A stretch of 64,000 nucleotides of DNA from assembly GCF_028641065.1 (NCBI RefSeq), contig NC_073402.1, positions 28,768,001 to 28,832,000 on the forward strand. The letters are read 5' to 3'. The notes under the pieces were generated by a model that was not told where the DNA came from, made no database searches, and saw only the letters and a program-made list of their open reading frames with translations. Origin of the DNA: Leucoraja erinacea. Taxonomy: Eukaryota. Shown in pieces: positions 38,532-50,209 of this stretch; position 1 is the stretch's first letter; every line of letters begins with the position of its first letter. The position numbers and the translations under genes were made by a program.

Positions 38532-39140
38532 GACCCCGTTCCTGCCTTCTCCCCATATCCTCTGACTCCGCTACTTTTAAGAGCCCTATCTAGCTCTCTC
38601 TTGAAAGCATCCAGAGAAACTGCCTCCACCGCCCTCTGAGGCAGAGAATTCCACAGACTCACAACGCTCTGTGAGAAAAAGTGTTTCCTCGTCTCCGTTC
38701 TAAATGGCTTACTCCTTATTCTTAAACTGTGGCCCCTGGTTCTGGACTCCCCCAACACCGGGAACATGTTTCCTGCCTCTAGTGTGTCCAAACCCATAAC
38801 AATCTTATATGTTTCAATGAGATAACCTCTCATCCTTCTAAACTCCAAAGTGTACAAGCCCAGCTGCTCCATTCTCTCAGCATATGACAGTCCCGCCATC
38901 CCGGGAATTAACCTTGTAAACCTACGTTGCACTCCCTCAATAGCAAGAATGTCCTTCCTCAAATTAGGGGACCAAAACTGAACACAATACTCCAGGTGTG
39001 GTCTCATTAGGGCTCTGTACAACTGCAGAAGGACCTCTTTGCTCCTATATTCGATTCCTCTTGTTATAAAGGCCAACATGCCATTTTCATTCTTTACTGC
39101 CTGCTGTACCTGCATGCTTACTTTCATAGACTGATATACA
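38532..39140 (-). mobile_element. CR1 LINE 3' fragment directly upstream of TMCO2 copy B
   Basis: ORF 38462-39127(-): LYRALMRPHLEYCVQFWSP...SLWNSLPQRAVEA. Confidence 0.92.
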
Positions 39141-39344
39141 AGATGTTGGGGGGGAGGGAGGCTGGGGGCTGAAGATTTTAGTGTTGAGGGCAGTTGGGAG
39201 CAGAGGAGGCATCACAAGCAGTGTTGTTACCTCACAATGCTCTCCCCGTGAACACTGCCAGGGTCAGATGTACCCGGGCACAGTGTGGCCCATCCCTACC
39301 ACTGAGCACACTCATCTGCCACTCGCTCCTCTTCGCGACGCAGA

Positions 39345-39635
39345 ATGGCCGCACTCCTCTCCGAGTTCTTTTCCTCCAGGCGGCCGGCTCCCCCCGAGCA
39401 CTGCGAGACCACCGGGTGCCGAGCCTGGCAGCGGGTCCGGACAGAGACCATTCCTAATGACTTCACCAGCAAACCCTCTCGGCCCTGGTGCATACCGCAG
39501 GCTGTGCAGGAAAATGACCTCAGCTTCATCTTCAACAATGTTGTGGTCAGGGCCTTCCTGGTTGCCTGCCTCATCATCATGATATGTTTCTGCATTAACT
39601 ATCTGAAGAAAAGTCGGATTCAGAATACACTACTG
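39345..39635 (+). CDS. TMCO2: TMCO2-like gene copy B, coding exon 1 (97 codons, includes the TM helix)
   Basis: Starts at cagaATGG. WQRVRTETIPNDFT is shared with copy A. VVRAFLVACLIIMICFCINYLKKSRIQNTLL resembles recalled human KRSIQSIQKTLL. Phase-0 donor CTG|gttagt. Confidence 0.82.
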
Positions 39636-40669
39636 GTTAGTTGTGAAGACAAGGAAGATGTGGTGCTAAACTTGGCTCTTGCTTTTTGTTAAACATTAGT
39701 ACAACGTCGTCTGATTGTGTGTTTAGAGGGATGTTGGCCAAACATGGGGAAATAGAACCAGCTTAGATGGGCATCTTGGTCAGCATGGTCGAGTTGGGCC
39801 GAAGGGCCTGTTTCCATGCTGTATGACTATGTGGAAGATTAGATGGGGCAGTATGGATAAGTTAGACCGAAGGGCCTGCTTTCATGCTGTATTTAAGAAT
39901 AAGGAGTAAGCCATTTAGAACGGAGACGAGGAAACACTTTTTCTCACAGAGAGTGGTGAGTCTGTGGAATTCTCTGCCGGTGGAGGGCGGTGGAGGCCGG
40001 TTCTGTGGATGCTTTCAAGAGAGAGCTAGAAAAGATAGGGCTCTTAAAAATAGCAGAGTCAGGAGATATGGGGAGAAGGCAGGGAATGGGGTACTGATTG
40101 AGGCTGATCAGCCATGATCACGTTGAATGGAGGTGCTGGCTCGAAGGGCCGAATGGTCTGCTCCTGCACCTATTGTCTATTGACTATGTGGAAGATTAGA
40201 TGGGGCAGTATGGATAGGTTGGGCCGAAGGGCCTGTTTCCATGCTGTATGACTATGTGGAAGATTAGATGGGGCAACTTGGTCAGTATGGACGTGTTGGG
40301 CCGGTGCTCGTTTCCATGCTGAAAGATTATTTGGAAGCTTAGATTTTAAAAATCTGTTTTTTTTTGAAATCATTTGTTAGCTTAGATGGGACATCTTGGA
40401 CAAGATGGTCGCGTCAGACCAGAGGGCCTGTTTCGTGCTCTGTGACTCTATTTCGAGTCCAGGACACAAGGTCATAGGCTCAGGATGCAGGGTGTTCCAT
40501 TGTGAAAGCGAGATCAGGAGAAATCTCTGCACCCCCAACATTGGTGAACACATGCAACCCACTTCAGTGGCGTTTTTCCTTGGCTAAATGTCCAATGCTG
40601 TTTTGTACCACGTCCAGCCACACAAAGACTGTAAATTCCTCTTTTTTCAAGTTTTAATGTCTGCTCTCT

Positions 40670-41400
40670 CCGTTTTTTTTTTTTTTTTTTTTTTTAAAAT
40701 TATTTTTATTAGAAGCAATTGCACAAGAATAAAACATTCAGGCGCGTAAAATTGTACAATCGTTGTACAACTTCAATTTTGACCTTTAAACCTCAAAATG
40801 AAGGAAAAGGAAGAGAAAGAAGAAGAGAGAGAAAAAATGGAACTCCTAGAATTCCAAAGTAGTGTGGTCAAAGCGGGAATAAACATATAAAAGAGGGAAA
40901 GGAAAAAAGAAGAGAAGAAAAGGAAAGGGAAAAAAAGAAAAATGTGGAGTTGGAAACATAGACAATAGGTGCCAGGAGTAGGCCATTCAGCCCTTCGAGC
41001 CTGCACCGTCATTCATTGCGATCATCCAACTCAGTATCCTGTACCTGCCTTACCTCTCCCTACCCCCTGATTCCTTTAGCCACATCTAACTCCCTCTTAA
41101 ATATAGCCAATGAACTGTGGCCTCAACTACCTTCTGTGGCAGAGAATTCCACAGATATACCTGCCCCCTCACCCACCGCCCACCCCACCCAACCCATAGT
41201 TGGATTAAATCCAAAATTGCGTTGCACCATATGATCCTTGTAAGAATTCGGTAAAGGGTGCCCATGTCTTGAAAAATTGATCTGGATCTTCTCTCCGTTT
41301 TCTTCTTGAAGGCATTGACTGGTGCTAGGCTACCTTCCCAAATGGTCACCCATGGCATTGGTTGGACTAAGTCCAACACTCAATCTTGGATGGTGCAACA
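40670..41400 (-). mobile_element. L1/Tx1-type LINE 3' end with poly(A), interrupted by a CR1 piece
   Basis: Poly(T) at 40673-40695 on +. The minus-strand remnant DQFFKTWAPFTEFL resembles an L1 ORF2 C-terminus. Confidence 0.55.
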
Positions 41401-42954
41401 TGTCAGTCCATCCTTACTTTCGGTCGGGTTAGTTTGCGGAAAGGTCCAGACCCGAAGCGTGGTCTTGTCCATTCCCTCCGCAGATGGTCAAGAAGGAACT
41501 GCAGATGCTGGAGAATCGAAGGTAGACAAGATTGCTGGAGAAACTCAGCGGGTGCGGCAGCATCTATGGAGCGAAGGAAATAGGCAACGTTTCGGGACGA
41601 AACCCTTCCGGGTTTCGGCCCGAAACGTTACCTATTTCCCACCTGCCTATTTCCTTCGCTCCATAGATGCTGCCGCACCCGCTGAGTTTCTCCAGCAATC
41701 TTGTTCACCCTCCGCAGATGCTGCCTGGTGGCCCACTGAGTTCTTCCAGCAGAAGATAGACACAAAAAAAGCTGGAGCAAGTCAGCGGGTCCAGGCAGCA
41801 TCCCTGGAGAAAAGGAATAGGTGACGTTTCGGGTCGAGACCCTTCTGTGCGGGACTGAGAGTCGGGGGAAAGAGTAAGGAGATATATAGACAGTGATGTA
41901 GAGAGATGTTGTACAGATGAATGAAAGACATGCAAAAAAAGTAACAATGAGAAACAAAACAGGTTGTGGCTCCGTCAGGATCACAGATTAGTCTAGCTTA
42001 ATATAATTATTACTGTCTCATGTACCGAGATACAGTGAAAAGTTTCAATTTGTATGTCATCGAGTCAAGGAAAAGACAATTTCTCAAACGACAAAATAGA
42101 CAATAGGTGCAGGAGGAGGCCATTCGGCCCTTCGAGCCAGCACCGCCATTCACTGTGATCATGGCTGATCATCCCCAATCAGTACCCCGTTCCTGCCTTC
42201 TCCCCATATCCCCTGACTCCGCTATTTTTAAGAGCCCTATCTTTAACTCTCTCTTGAAAGCATCCAGAGAACCGGCCTCCACCGCCCTCTGAGGCAGAGA
42301 ATTCCACAGACCCACCACTCTCTGTGAGAAAAAGTGTTTCCTCGTCTCCGTTCTAAATGGCTTGCCCCTTATTCTTAAACTGTGGCCCCTGGTTCTGGAC
42401 TTCCCCCAACATCGGGAACATGTTTCCTGCCTCTAGTGTGTCCAAGCCCTTAACAATCTGCCTCGTAGTTCCAGGGACCAAAGTCCATCCAGATCTTTGG
42501 TGCTGCCTATGTGGCTTACACCATTCCCCCTGTGACAACTTGCGTTATCCCTCGGTGCTTAAGTTTCTTCCCACATTAAGGTTGGTTAGTTTAGTTTAAT
42601 TTATTGTCATGTATACCGAGGTACAGTGAAAAGCTTTTTTTTCTTGTGCGCTATCCAGTCAGCGGAAAGACTATATGTGATTACAGTCAAACCATCCACA
42701 GTGTTCAGAAGATACAGGATAAAGGGAATAACGTTTAGTGCAAGACAAAGTTCGGAAAAGTCCGATTAAAGGTAGCCCGAGGGTCTCCCAAGGAGGTAGA
42801 TGGTAGGTCAGGGCCACTCTCTAGTTGGCGAGAGGATGGTTCAGTTGCCTGATAACAGCTGGAAGGAAACTGACCCTGAATCTGGAGGTAGACAAAGATG
42901 CTGGAGAAAACTCAGCGGGTGAGGCAGCATCTATGGAGTGAAGGAATAGGTGAC

Positions 42955-43093
42955 TTCTTCTTCTTTCGTTTGACGTGCACAGCTTAAAGTTGTAGGCAAC
43001 TTGTTCTATTTGATCTTCTGTTTGTGCACGTCGAGTTGATTGCATTAATCGAAACAGGACGGACCACGTGAAGGTTGCAATCTTCCACCCCCC
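42955..43093 (-). mobile_element. Short ribozyme-headed SINE-like retroelement with (AAG)n tail and 10-bp TSD
   Basis: Flanked by the direct repeat AATAGGTGAC (42945-42954 and 43095-43104) inside a Penelope-type repeat. Minus strand: GGGG start, ribozyme, GACGTGCACA/TGTGCACGTC stem, tail AAACGAAAGAAGAAGAA. Confidence 0.8.
43038..43091 (-). ncRNA. Minimal HDV-like ribozyme, second copy with catalytic C->U substitution (probably inactive)
   Basis: Minus strand reads GGGGUGG-AA-GAUUGCA-ACC-UUCACGU-GGU-CCGUCCU-GU-UUCGA-UUAA-UGCAAUC, with a G1.U wobble. Position 43048 is U where the other copy has C. Confidence 0.72.
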
Positions 43094-44116
43094 AAATAGG
43101 TGACGTTTCGGGTCAAGACCCTTCCTCAATCTGGAGGTGTGCGTTTTCACAACTTGATGAGGATGTTGCCAGGACTTTAGTTGCCGAGCTGTAAGCGGAG
43201 GATTGGGCAGGTTAGGAGTTAATTCCTTGGAGTGCAGGAAGCTGAGCGGTGATCTTGTAGAGGAGTACAAAATCAGATAGGATCAATGCACAGTCTTGTA
43301 CCCAGGAGAGGGGAATCACGAACCAGAGCTCATCGGTTTAAGATAAGAGGGGAAATATTTAATTGGAACCCGAGATGCCCCTTTGTCTCTCAGATAGTGG
43401 TGGGTGCATGGACCGAGCTTCCAGATAGCAGGTAGTTGAAGTAGGTCCAGAAACAGATGCACAAGACACTTGAGGAAGAAAGGTTTAGAGGGCAATGGGC
43501 CAAATGCAGCTAAATAGGACTAGGTTAGAATGGGGCATCTGGATCGGCATAGACGCGTTGGGCCGAAGGGTCTGTTTCCCCGCTGTATGACTCTATGACA
43601 TGTTGAATCTCTGTAGTCTCCTGAAGAAGTTGAGGTGTTGGTGTTTTGATAGCTCTCTGTGAGCACGGTGGCGCAGCGGTAGAGTTGCTGCCTCACAGCG
43701 CCAGGGACCCGGGTTTGATCCTGACCTCGGCTGCTGTTGGTACAGAGTTTGAACGTTCGCCCTGTGACTGCGTGGGTTTCCTCCGGGTGCTCATGCTTCC
43801 TCCGAAATTCCAAAGAAGTGCGGGTTTGCAGGTTAATTGGCTTCTGTAAATTGTCCCTAGTGTGTAGGGTTAGACTTTAGAGGTACAGCATGGAAACAGG
43901 CCCTTCGGCCCACCGAGTCTGTGCCGAACAGCGATACTCCATACACTAACACCATGCTACACACTAGGGACAATTTTACAAACCTATACGTTTTTGGAGT
44001 GTGGGCCGAAACCAGAGCACCCAGAGAAAACGCACGCGGTCACAGGGAGAATGTTCAAACTCTATTCAGACAGCTCCCGTAGACAGGATCGACCATGGGT
44101 CTCTGGCACTGTAATA

Positions 44117-44323
44117 TACCCCTGTCCCACTTAGGAAACTTGAACGGAAACCTCTGGAGACTTTGCCAAGGTTTCCTTCCGGTTCCCAGAGGTTGCAGGT
44201 GGTTGCCGGAGGTTGCAGGTAGTGGAAGCAGGCAGAGAGACTGACAAAAACCTCTGGGAACCTTGGGTGTGGCACAAAGTCTCCAGAGGTTTCCATTCAG
44301 GTTTCCTAAGTGGGACAGGGGCA
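44117..44323. mobile_element. PIF/Harbinger-type MITE inserted in a SINE
   Basis: About 50-bp TIR CCCCTGTCCCACTTAGGAAAC...GTTTCCTAAGTGGGACAGGGG; TAA at both flanks splits the SINE motif CTGTAAGGCAGC. Confidence 0.8.
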
Positions 44324-44452
44324 TAAGGCAGCAATTCTACCGCTGCGACACAGTGCCGTCATAGAGCTAGTGTACGGGTGGTTGCTGGTTGGCGTGGACT
44401 CGGTGGGCTGAAGGGCCAGTTTCTAAACTAAACAGCGATGTGTTTCTTGCAG

Positions 44453-44770
44453 AAAATGTGGGAGAAATACGCCTGCATTTTGAAAATAGGGTCCTCCTCT
44501 AACAAAAAGTACCAGAAGAACGAGAAGAAGAGGAAAGAGATCAAACGTTTCCGCAGAGGGCTAGCCATCCAGGAGAAGATAATGCGGAAACTCCAGCAGA
44601 TGGAGATGAAGATCCGTGACATGGAGGACATGATCATGAAATTTGCAAAGAAGATGACCCGTCGTGTGACGGGCTCGGAGTGCACCAGCCGATCCTCGAG
44701 TTGTATCTGCTCACGGTGCCACACCCCGAGCGCCTTCAGCACAGAACCGGAATCCCACCATACAGTCTGA
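44453..44770 (+). CDS. TMCO2: TMCO2-like gene copy B, coding exon 2 (coiled coil + Cys motif; spliced protein 202 aa)
   Basis: Acceptor tttcttgcag|AAA in phase 0. Contains the coiled coil GLAIQEKIMRKLQQMEMKIRDMEDMI and CICSRCHTP, similar to recalled human CSCSDCQSP. Ends at TGA; possible variant poly(A) signal AGTAAA at 44889-44894. Confidence 0.82.
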   Translation, partial: KMWEKYACILKIGSSSNKKYQKNEKKRKEIKRFRRGLAIQEKIMRKLQQMEMKIRDMEDMIMKFAKKMTRRVTGSECTSRSSSCICSRCHTPSAFSTEPESHHTV

Positions 44771-45038
44771 AGCAAACTCCGACCCATGGCAGAAACTGTC
44801 AAGAGTGAAACTTTCTTCCTGATCATGTCAAGGCAACAATTGATTGCAACAAATCACTTAAATAATCTTCAACTTGTTGAATTGTCACAGTAAAGAACTT
44901 TTTTATTGAATGCACCAAACCTCATATGTTGTTTGTTCATTATCTCTGCTTATCGGTACTGCTTCTCCTAGTCATAGCGTGGAAACAGGCCCTTTGGCCC
45001 AACTTGCCCACACCGACCAACATGCCCCATCTACACTT

Positions 45039-45159
45039 GTCGTGCACAGCCTAAAGTTGTTGGACAACTTGTTCTATTTGATCTTCCGTTTATGCACGTC
45101 GAGTTGATTGCATTAGTCGAAACAGGGCGGACCACGTGAAGGTTGCAATCTTCCACCCT
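45039..45159 (-). mobile_element. Second copy of the ribozyme-headed SINE-like element, lacking the tail
   Basis: Co-linear with 42970-43091 and inserted in a CR1/SINE 3' tail. Confidence 0.75.
45106..45159 (-). ncRNA. Minimal HDV-like (CPEB3-type) self-cleaving ribozyme, catalytic C intact
   Basis: Minus strand reads AGGGUGG-AA-GAUUGCA-ACC-UUCACGU-GGU-CCGCCCU-GU-UUCGA-CUAA-UGCAAUC. This gives P1 7 bp, P2 7 bp, P3 3 bp, L3 UUCACGU, J1/4 GU and J4/2 CUAA. Confidence 0.8.
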
Positions 45160-46934
45160 GCCGATATCCCTCTAAACCTATCTTATTAATGTCCTAATGT
45201 CTCTTAAACGTTATGATAGTCCCTGCTTCAATTACCTGCTCCAGCAGCTCATTCCATACGCCTACCACCCTTTGTGATAAAATGTTACCCCTCAGGTTCC
45301 TTTCACCCCTCACCTTCCCTGGTTGAAAATTAGTTTAGTTTGGAGACACAGCATGGAAACAGGCCCTTCAGCCCATCAAGTTCAGGCCTATCCTCACTAG
45401 TTTTATGTTATTCCATTTTCACATCCACAACCTCCACACTAGGGGCAATTTACAGAGGGGGACAGACTTGCATGTTTTTGGGATGTGGAAAGAAACCGGA
45501 GGGAACGCACGCGGTCGTAGGGAGAACGTGCAAACACCACGCGGACAGTACCTGAGGTCAGGATCGAACCCTGGGTCTCTCGCTCCGTGAGGCAGCGGCT
45601 CTACCCGCTGCGCCACAGTGGTCAGTCCTCCAGCACTTTGTATTCTTTGGTGTTACAGTGCCACCATTGGTGGGAGGGTGCAATAACAGCAATGGATAAA
45701 ACAAAAAGTGCTGGAGTTATACAGTGGGTCAGCCAGCATCTGTGGTGAGAATGGATAGAGGACATTCCGGGTCAGGACCCTTATTCAGACCGGAAAACTT
45801 GTGTCGTTAATTGTGAGAAAGTTCTCGAGCACAGGACTTTATCGTACCTTGTAGAACAGCACAGAAACGTTGCTGTACTTTATAGTACACCATAGAAACA
45901 GGCCATTCGGCCCACAATGCCTGTGCTGAACATGATGCCAAGACCAACTCTTATCTGCTTACACATAATCGATATCCCTCCAATTATTATAAAAAAAAGA
46001 AAACGGAGGTATACTTTTGCAAGCTGTTTTTTATGTACGACATACATGGCAATGTTTAAATTCAGTGTTGTGGTCTACACTGGATTAAACACAGCTGGGA
46101 AGAGGATGACAATGAATGAATGAATAAGTTTATTGGCCAAGTATTCACATACAAGGAATTTGCCTTGGTGCTCCGCCTGCAAGTGACAACATGACATACA
46201 GTGACAGTTAGGAATGACACATAAAACATTAAACATGTGTCTTTGGAGTTTAGAGATACAGCATGGAAACAGGCCCTTCAGCCCATCGAGAGCATCAATC
46301 ACCCATTGACACTAGTTCTATGCAATCCCACTTTCGCATCCACACCCTTCACACGAGGGGAAATTTACAGAGGGGCAATTAACCTACAAACCCACACACA
46401 CACACGTCTTGGAGTGTGGGAGGAAACCGCAGCATCTGTAGGAAACAAGCAGTCGCAGGAAGAACGTGAAAACGTAATTTGTCATTTAGCCGTCTTGTTT
46501 TAACCATGTGCATGTATTTACCATCCGGTAAAACTGATTCGCAAAATGACTCCATCTAGAAACCAAATTATTGTGTTTAAATTGTTTTTGTTTTTTTAAA
46601 CTTAATAAGAACAAATAAATCAAAGAGATAATAGAAATCAAAGAAAGAGTTCTTGGGTTGTGTGGTCCAAATGTCTATCTGGGAAAAGGAAATGGACAGA
46701 TGACATTTCAGAGATAGACACAAAGTGCTGGAGTGACTCAGCAGGTCAGGCAGTATCTCTGGAGAAAATGTCCAGGTGACTTCGGGTCGGGACCTTTCTT
46801 CAGACTGAAAGAAGAGGGATGAAGAGGTAAACATTTTGGATCAGGACTCTTCTTCTGAAGAAAACTGTCTGTACAATACCATTGTTCCCACAATTAAACA
46901 CTCTCGACACTCTCGGAGCATCGAGACCTGGGCG

Positions 46935-47625
46935 TCCTTGTACACCGGAAGTTGGCTTACAGGTACAGCAGGCAGTGAAGAAAACTAATGGAATGTTGGC
47001 CTTCATAACAAGAGGATTTCAGTATAGGAGTAAAGAGGTTCTTCTGCAGTTGTATAGGGCTCTGGTGAGACCACATCTGGAGTATTGTGTACAGTTTTGG
47101 TCTCCTAATTTGAGGAAGGACATCCTTGTGATTGAGGAAGTGCAGCGTAGGTTCACGAGATTGATCCCTGGGATGGTGGGATTGTCATATGAGGAAAGAT
47201 TTAAAAGACTAGGCTTGTATTCACCGGAGTTTAGAAGGATGAGGGGGGATTTCATAGAAACATATAAAATTATAAAAGAACTGTACAAGCTAGATGCAGG
47301 AAAAATGTTCCCAATGTTGGGCGAGTCCAGAACCAGGGGCCACACAGTCTTAGAATAAAGGGGAGGGCATTTAAGACCTTTTTCACCCACCCAGAGTTGT
47401 GAATTTATGGAATTCTCTGCCACAGAAGGCAGCGGAGGCCAAGTCACTGGATGGATTTAAGAGAGAGTTAGATAGAGCTCTAGGGGCTGGTGGAGTCAAG
47501 GGATATGGGGGGAGAAGGCAGGCACGGATTATTGACAGGGGACGATCAGCCATGATCACAATGAATGGCGGTGCTGGCTCGAAGGGCCAAATGGCCTCCT
47601 CCTGCACCTATTGTCTATGTGTCTA
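46935..47625 (+). mobile_element. CR1 LINE 3' fragment
   Basis: QVQQAVKKTNGMLAFI...RPHLEYCVQFWSP followed by the tail. Confidence 0.9.
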
Positions 47626-47632
47626 TTTTTCT

Positions 47633-48059
47633 AAGGGAGAGGCAACTGCTTTTGGAATGACGGGAGAATATCTACATGCATCGTGGAGCTCGATAATCCA
47701 GTCTAGAGACCAATGTGACTGTGAGGCTAATCATCCGGCAGAAAGATTGACTTGTATTTACGTGGCAGCTTTTCCTGGCAACACACGGGACTTTGCAACT
47801 GATATTATTCAAGCATGGTTACCATTGTGATGTAGGAAGTGTAGCAACCACTATGACCACATCACAATGGTAACCATGCTTGGATAATATCAGTTGCAAA
47901 GTCCTGTGTGTTGCCAGGAAAAGCTGCCATGTAAATACAAGCAGATATTTCTGCAGGATGATTGTCCTCACAGTCACATCAGTCTCTAGACTGCATTATC
48001 GAGCTCCATGGTGCATGTGGAGATTCTCCTGTCATTTAGAAAGCAATTGCCTCTCCCTT
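47633..48059. mobile_element. Foldback/palindromic MITE (~200-bp arms, ~22-nt spacer)
   Basis: AAGGGAGAGGCAA...CATGGTTACCATTGTGATGT / ACATCACAATGGTAACCATG...TTGCCTCTCCCTT. Confidence 0.75.
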
Positions 48060-49810
48060 GACTCTGTGTGCAGTTGGATTCATTGGACACTAGACAATAG
48101 GTGCAGGAGTAGTCCATTTGGCCCTTCGAGCCAGCACCGCCATTCAATGTGATCATGGTTGATCATCCCCAATCAGTACCCTGTTCCTGCCTTCTCCCCA
48201 TATCCCCTGACTCCGCTATCTTTAAGAGCCGTATCTAGCTCTCTCTTGAAAGCATCCAGAGAACCAGCTTCCACCGCCCTCTGAGGCAGAGAATTCCACA
48301 GACTCACAACTCTCTGGGAGAAAAAGTGTTTCCTCGTTTCAAGAGTTTAATTATTTCGTTTAGTTTACGTGTAGCGAGGTAAAGTGAAAAGCATTTTTGT
48401 TGCATGCTAACCAGTCAACAAAAAGATTATACAGTACATGATTACAATCAAGTCGTCCACAGTGTGGTTTGTCATGCAGTGTCGTACTGAAGATAGTCTG
48501 ATAGCAAGCATTGTCTGCGGAGGCCGCTCAGCATCGCCAAGGACTGCTCTCACCCCAACCATGGACTGTTTAACCTCCTACCATCCGGGAGGCGCTACAG
48601 GTCTCTCCGTTGCCGAACCAGCAGGTCGAGGAACAGCTTCTTCCCGGCGGCTGTCACTCTACTCAACAACGTACCTCGGTGACTGCCAATCACCACTCCC
48701 CCCCCCCCCCCCCCCCACACTTATTATTATTATTTAGTCAAATCATTTGCTATGTCGCTCTTCCAGGGAGATGCTAAATGCATTTCGTTGTCTCTGTACT
48801 GTACACTGACAATGACAATTAAAATTGAATCTGAATCTGAATCTGAATCTGAAGGTCTCCTAAGAAGTTGATGGGAGGTCAGGACCATTCTCTAGCTGGT
48901 GAGTGGATGGTTCAGTCGCCGGATAACAGCTGGGAAGAAACTGTCCCTGAATGTGGAGGTGTGCGTTTTCGCACTTCACTGCCTCTTGCCTGATAGGAGA
49001 GGGGAGAAGAGGGAGAGACCAGGGTGAGATTGGTCCTTGTTTATACTGCTGGCCTTGCTGAGGCAGCTTGAGGGAGTAAATGTCAAGAATGTCAAAAGAG
49101 TCTCGAGAGTGTTTGATTGGCGTATATGCACCAACAACGGAACCACTCCCAGGAATAAAAATGTAAATGGTCGATAAAATTAAAGGTATACTTATTGGTA
49201 CTACCAGCAATATCAGTGTTTAAACATTAAAAAACATGCTTGTACAGCAAAGATTAAGCAACACAAACGTTTGAACAACGAGTGGCACCAATGAGCCGGC
49301 AGTCTCGCCAGCAGCTGTTCGTCCTTTCCACTTTTGTTTTTAGTATGTCTAAAAGTGTGTTGTGGGGTGGGGGGGGGGGGGGGGGGGGGGGGGGGGTGGA
49401 TGGGATTTGGGAATTGGGGGAAACATTTTTTTAGTCACTTACCTCGGTGAAATACGACTTTTCTACCGAGTTACATTTCTCCCTCCCTCGCGGCCTAACA
49501 GCTTGGATTGGTGCGGCCTTTCCCGGAGTCGGGTCCAGAGCTTCAGCAGCGGGCGCAGTGTGGACTTTCTATCGTGGAGCCGGGCGATCCCTTGCCGGGG
49601 GCCGCTAGAAGAAGTGCTCTGACCGCTGGCCCGTGGACTACGACATCCTGAAGCCGCGGTCTGCGGAGCTTCTAAATATGCATTTTCCAATAACAAATAT
49701 TTATAGTTTAGTATAGTATAGTATTTATTTATTGACAGCAAATCACAACATACATAGATTAGCATGGGGACCCGGGCAACTGCCCAGCGTGCTCATGCGT
49801 TAAGATGACC

Positions 49811-50162
49811 CTGCCCAGTGGTACGAATATTGATTTCTCTCACTTCAAGTAGCCCTGGCATTCCCTCTCTCTCTCTCTCAATCGCTCCTCCACCCAAGTC
49901 GCACCAGCTTCTCGTTTTCACCCACCTTGTGGGCGGAGCACCAAGGCAAATTCCTTGTATGTGAATACTTGGCCAATTAACTTACAAACAGCTATCATCA
50001 TCATCGTCACTTTTTTTGCATATATTTCATTCATTGTCCTTTATCTCTTCACATCATCGTCTATATCTCTCGTTTCCCTTTTCCCTAAGAAGGGTCTCGA
50101 CCCCCCCCTCCTCCCCCAGAGATGCTGCCCGTCCTGCTGAGTCACCCCAGCAATTTGTGTCC
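49811..50162 (+). mobile_element. Penelope-like element 3' remnant (ORF end + pLTR)
   Basis: LPSGTNIDFSHFK* (49811-49852) resembles the C-terminus of PLE GIY-YIG ORFs. It is followed by a pyrimidine-rich tract and the AAGAAGGGTCTCGACCC...CAGAGATGCTGCC repeat seen throughout the window. Confidence 0.55.
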
Positions 50163-50209
50163 ATTGTGACAAATAAATGTCTCTTGTATTCTACATCTCC
50201 ATTGAAAGG

